64,000 nucleotides of DNA from Promethearchaeota archaeon (GTDB lineage Archaea; Asgardarchaeota; Lokiarchaeia; Sigyniarchaeales; SOKP01): assembly GCA_019058365.1 (NCBI GenBank), contig JAHPZE010000006.1, positions 64,001 to 128,000 of the forward strand. The letters run 5' to 3'. Shown here piece by piece: positions 62,023-64,000 of the stretch. The notes beneath the pieces are model-generated. The model made no database searches. It was not told where the DNA came from and saw only the letters and a program-made list of their open reading frames with translations. A program made the translations under genes and the position numbers. Every line of letters begins with the position of its first letter. Position 1 is the first letter of the stretch.

Positions 62023-62307
62023 TTGGAAAAAATTAAAATAACACACAGCCCAAAAATAGAAACTATTAATACGAACGAGAAAGTTGGGGAAAAAATTGAT
62101 AGCTTATGGACTGAAAATACATATATTAATAAAAATTTAAAATATGAATCTAAGAAACTGATAATAAAACTAGAAACTAATGGAAAGGAGAAACGAAAGA
62201 TATTACTAAAACTTGAAAGCGGGAGCCCTAAAGTTCACTCAAGTAATTATAATCTTATTTCAGAATTATTGAAAGAATTTTTTAACAGTGCAAACAATTT
62301 TGAATAA
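62023..62307 (+). CDS. Hypothetical protein
   Basis: 94-aa ORF, TTG start. Confidence 0.45.
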   Translation: MEKIKITHSPKIETINTNEKVGEKIDSLWTENTYINKNLKYESKKLIIKLETNGKEKRKILLKLESGSPKVHSSNYNLISELLKEFFNSANNFE

Positions 62308-62432
62308 ATAATTAAAAGTGTTTTTTCAAATTCTTCCCTTCGAAAACTTTTTTATTATAGAAATTAAAAGTAAAATATTTTATTGTAGGTCACCTATTTC
62401 TTCATTAAATTTAATCTAAAAGTAAATTTGAT

Positions 62433-63503
62433 GTGGAAAAAATGAATTTTGAAGAAATTAAAAAGTTATTAGGTTCAGATGCCGATACTTTACTGAATCA
62501 TGTATGTACCGGAATTCCAAAAGAAAAGATTTATCCTCCGGGACCCGATTTTGTAGAACGAGTTTTTGAACATTCAGATAGAAATAATCTTGTATTAAAT
62601 AATATGGAACGCTTATATAATCAGATTGGTAGATTATCAGGAACTGGTTATCTCTCAGTATTACCCGTTGATCAAGGAATTGAGCATTCTGCCTCAGCTA
62701 GTTTTGCTGTGAATCCTTCATATTTTGATCCTGAAAATATTATCAAACTCGCGATCAATGGAGGTTGTAATGCTGTTGCTTCTACTCTTGGTGTGTTAGG
62801 TTCTGTGGCAAGAAGATATGCTCATAAAATTCCATTTATAGTGAAAATCAATCACAATGAATTACTCACAAAACCCGCACTTTCAGATCAAACTCTTTTT
62901 GCGAATGTAGAACAAGCATTTGATATGGGGGCAGCTGCAATAGGAGCAACAATATATTTTGGTTCTTATGAATCTAGGCGTCAGATTCAAGAAATTAGTG
63001 AATCATTTAGATTTGCTCATGATTTAGGATTAGTCTGCGTTCTTTGGTGTTATTTAAGAAATCAAGGAGAGTTTATTAAAAATGGAAAAGATTATCATAC
63101 AGCAAATGATTTGGAAAGCCAAGCTAATTATCTCGGGGTTACTATTGAAGCAGATATCATAAAGCAAAAACTGTCTACTCTTAATAGAGGATTCCTTGAT
63201 CTAAACTTTGGTAAGACAGATAAACTGGTTTATGAAAAACTGGCTCCAGATAATCCAATTGATTGGAATAGATATCAGGTCGCAAATTGCTATATGGGAA
63301 GAATAGGATTAATAAATTCTGGTGGAGAAGCTGGTGGCAATGATCTTCAAGATGCTGTCACTGCTGCAGTGATTAATAAACGTTCAGGGGGTATGGGCTT
63401 AATTTTAGGACGGAAAGCATTTAAAAGACCAACTCCTGAAGGTATTAAAATTCTTAATGCCGTACAAGATGTTTATTTATGTCAAGATATTACTATTGCC
63501 TAA
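62433..63503 (+). CDS. fbaB: Class I fructose-bisphosphate aldolase (FbaB/DhnA type)
   Basis: [55 protein letters not shown]. Confidence 0.92.
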   Translation: MEKMNFEEIKKLLGSDADTLLNHVCTGIPKEKIYPPGPDFVERVFEHSDRNNLVLNNMERLYNQIGRLSGTGYLSVLPVDQGIEHSASASFAVNPSYFDPENIIKLAINGGCNAVASTLGVLGSVARRYAHKIPFIVKINHNELLTKPALSDQTLFANVEQAFDMGAAAIGATIYFGSYESRRQIQEISESFRFAHDLGLVCVLWCYLRNQGEFIKNGKDYHTANDLESQANYLGVTIEADIIKQKLSTLNRGFLDLNFGKTDKLVYEKLAPDNPIDWNRYQVANCYMGRIGLINSGGEAGGNDLQDAVTAAVINKRSGGMGLILGRKAFKRPTPEGIKILNAVQDVYLCQDITIA

Positions 63504-63607
63504 AATTTTTTTTATCACTTTTTTTTTCTTATTCTTTAATTAAATTAAAATTAAAAATAAAAACAACATTATTCATAATAAAGAATTAATTTTTACTTAA
63601 GATAACA

Positions 63608-64000
63608 ATGGGAAAAGATAGGAATTTTAGGCCAGATCCAAATAATAATCCCTATAGAGTCAAACAAACGCCTTCTACTCCCAAGGGAACGTTTATTGAT
63701 TTTAATACGAGAAGAATTTGCCCCGCTTGTGGATTAGACATAAAGATAACGCATAATTTCTGTAAACGTTGTGGTGTCGATCTAAGCACGATAGAACCAA
63801 TAGGTAATGACGAAATTTCAAAACAATTAGCAATAACCGCTATTACTGATCCCGATCCTGAAGTACGAAAAGAAGCAGTTGATACTTTAGGAGATTTTGG
63901 GGATGAGAAAGTTTTAGGAGTTCTCACTTATGTTTTATTAAACGATCCAGATGAACATGTAAGAAAGGAAGCTGCAGATGAACTTGGAGACCTACACCAC
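63608..64000 (+). CDS. Zinc-ribbon plus HEAT-repeat protein, truncated by the window edge
   Basis: ATG at 63608; CPACG..FCKRCG; DPDPEVRKEAVDTLG and DPDEHVRKEAADELG. Confidence 0.82.
   Translation, partial: MGKDRNFRPDPNNNPYRVKQTPSTPKGTFIDFNTRRICPACGLDIKITHNFCKRCGVDLSTIEPIGNDEISKQLAITAITDPDPEVRKEAVDTLGDFGDEKVLGVLTYVLLNDPDEHVRKEAADELGDLHH

Overview
AT-rich archaeal chromosome segment. The gene content (PAN, TFB, Rab-like and MglA-like GTPases, roadblock and longin-like domains, several JAMM/MPN paralogues, HdrABC) points to an Asgard archaeon, most likely Lokiarchaeia; this taxonomy is inferred from content only. There are about 55 protein genes. I found no rRNA, tRNA, CRISPR array or transposase. 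The main finding is a JAMM/MPN+ metalloprotease gene (27223..28209) interrupted inside its catalytic motif by a 30-nt in-frame insertion (27535..27564) carrying two stop codons. Removing it restores an exact HxH-x7-S-x2-D motif, and both junctions fall where an archaeal splicing endonuclease would cut a bulge-helix-bulge/loop fold, so it is a candidate tRNA-type intron in an Asgard mRNA. The gene lies in a cluster of three JAMM plus helical-tail paralogues beside an AAA-vWA protein. Other highlights are a candidate stand-alone ~150-nt structured RNA (50830..50985), a copper locus with an unfamiliar Cys/His/Met domain in three copies, four small ORFs missing from the ORF track, and a probable ATA start codon for iscU.
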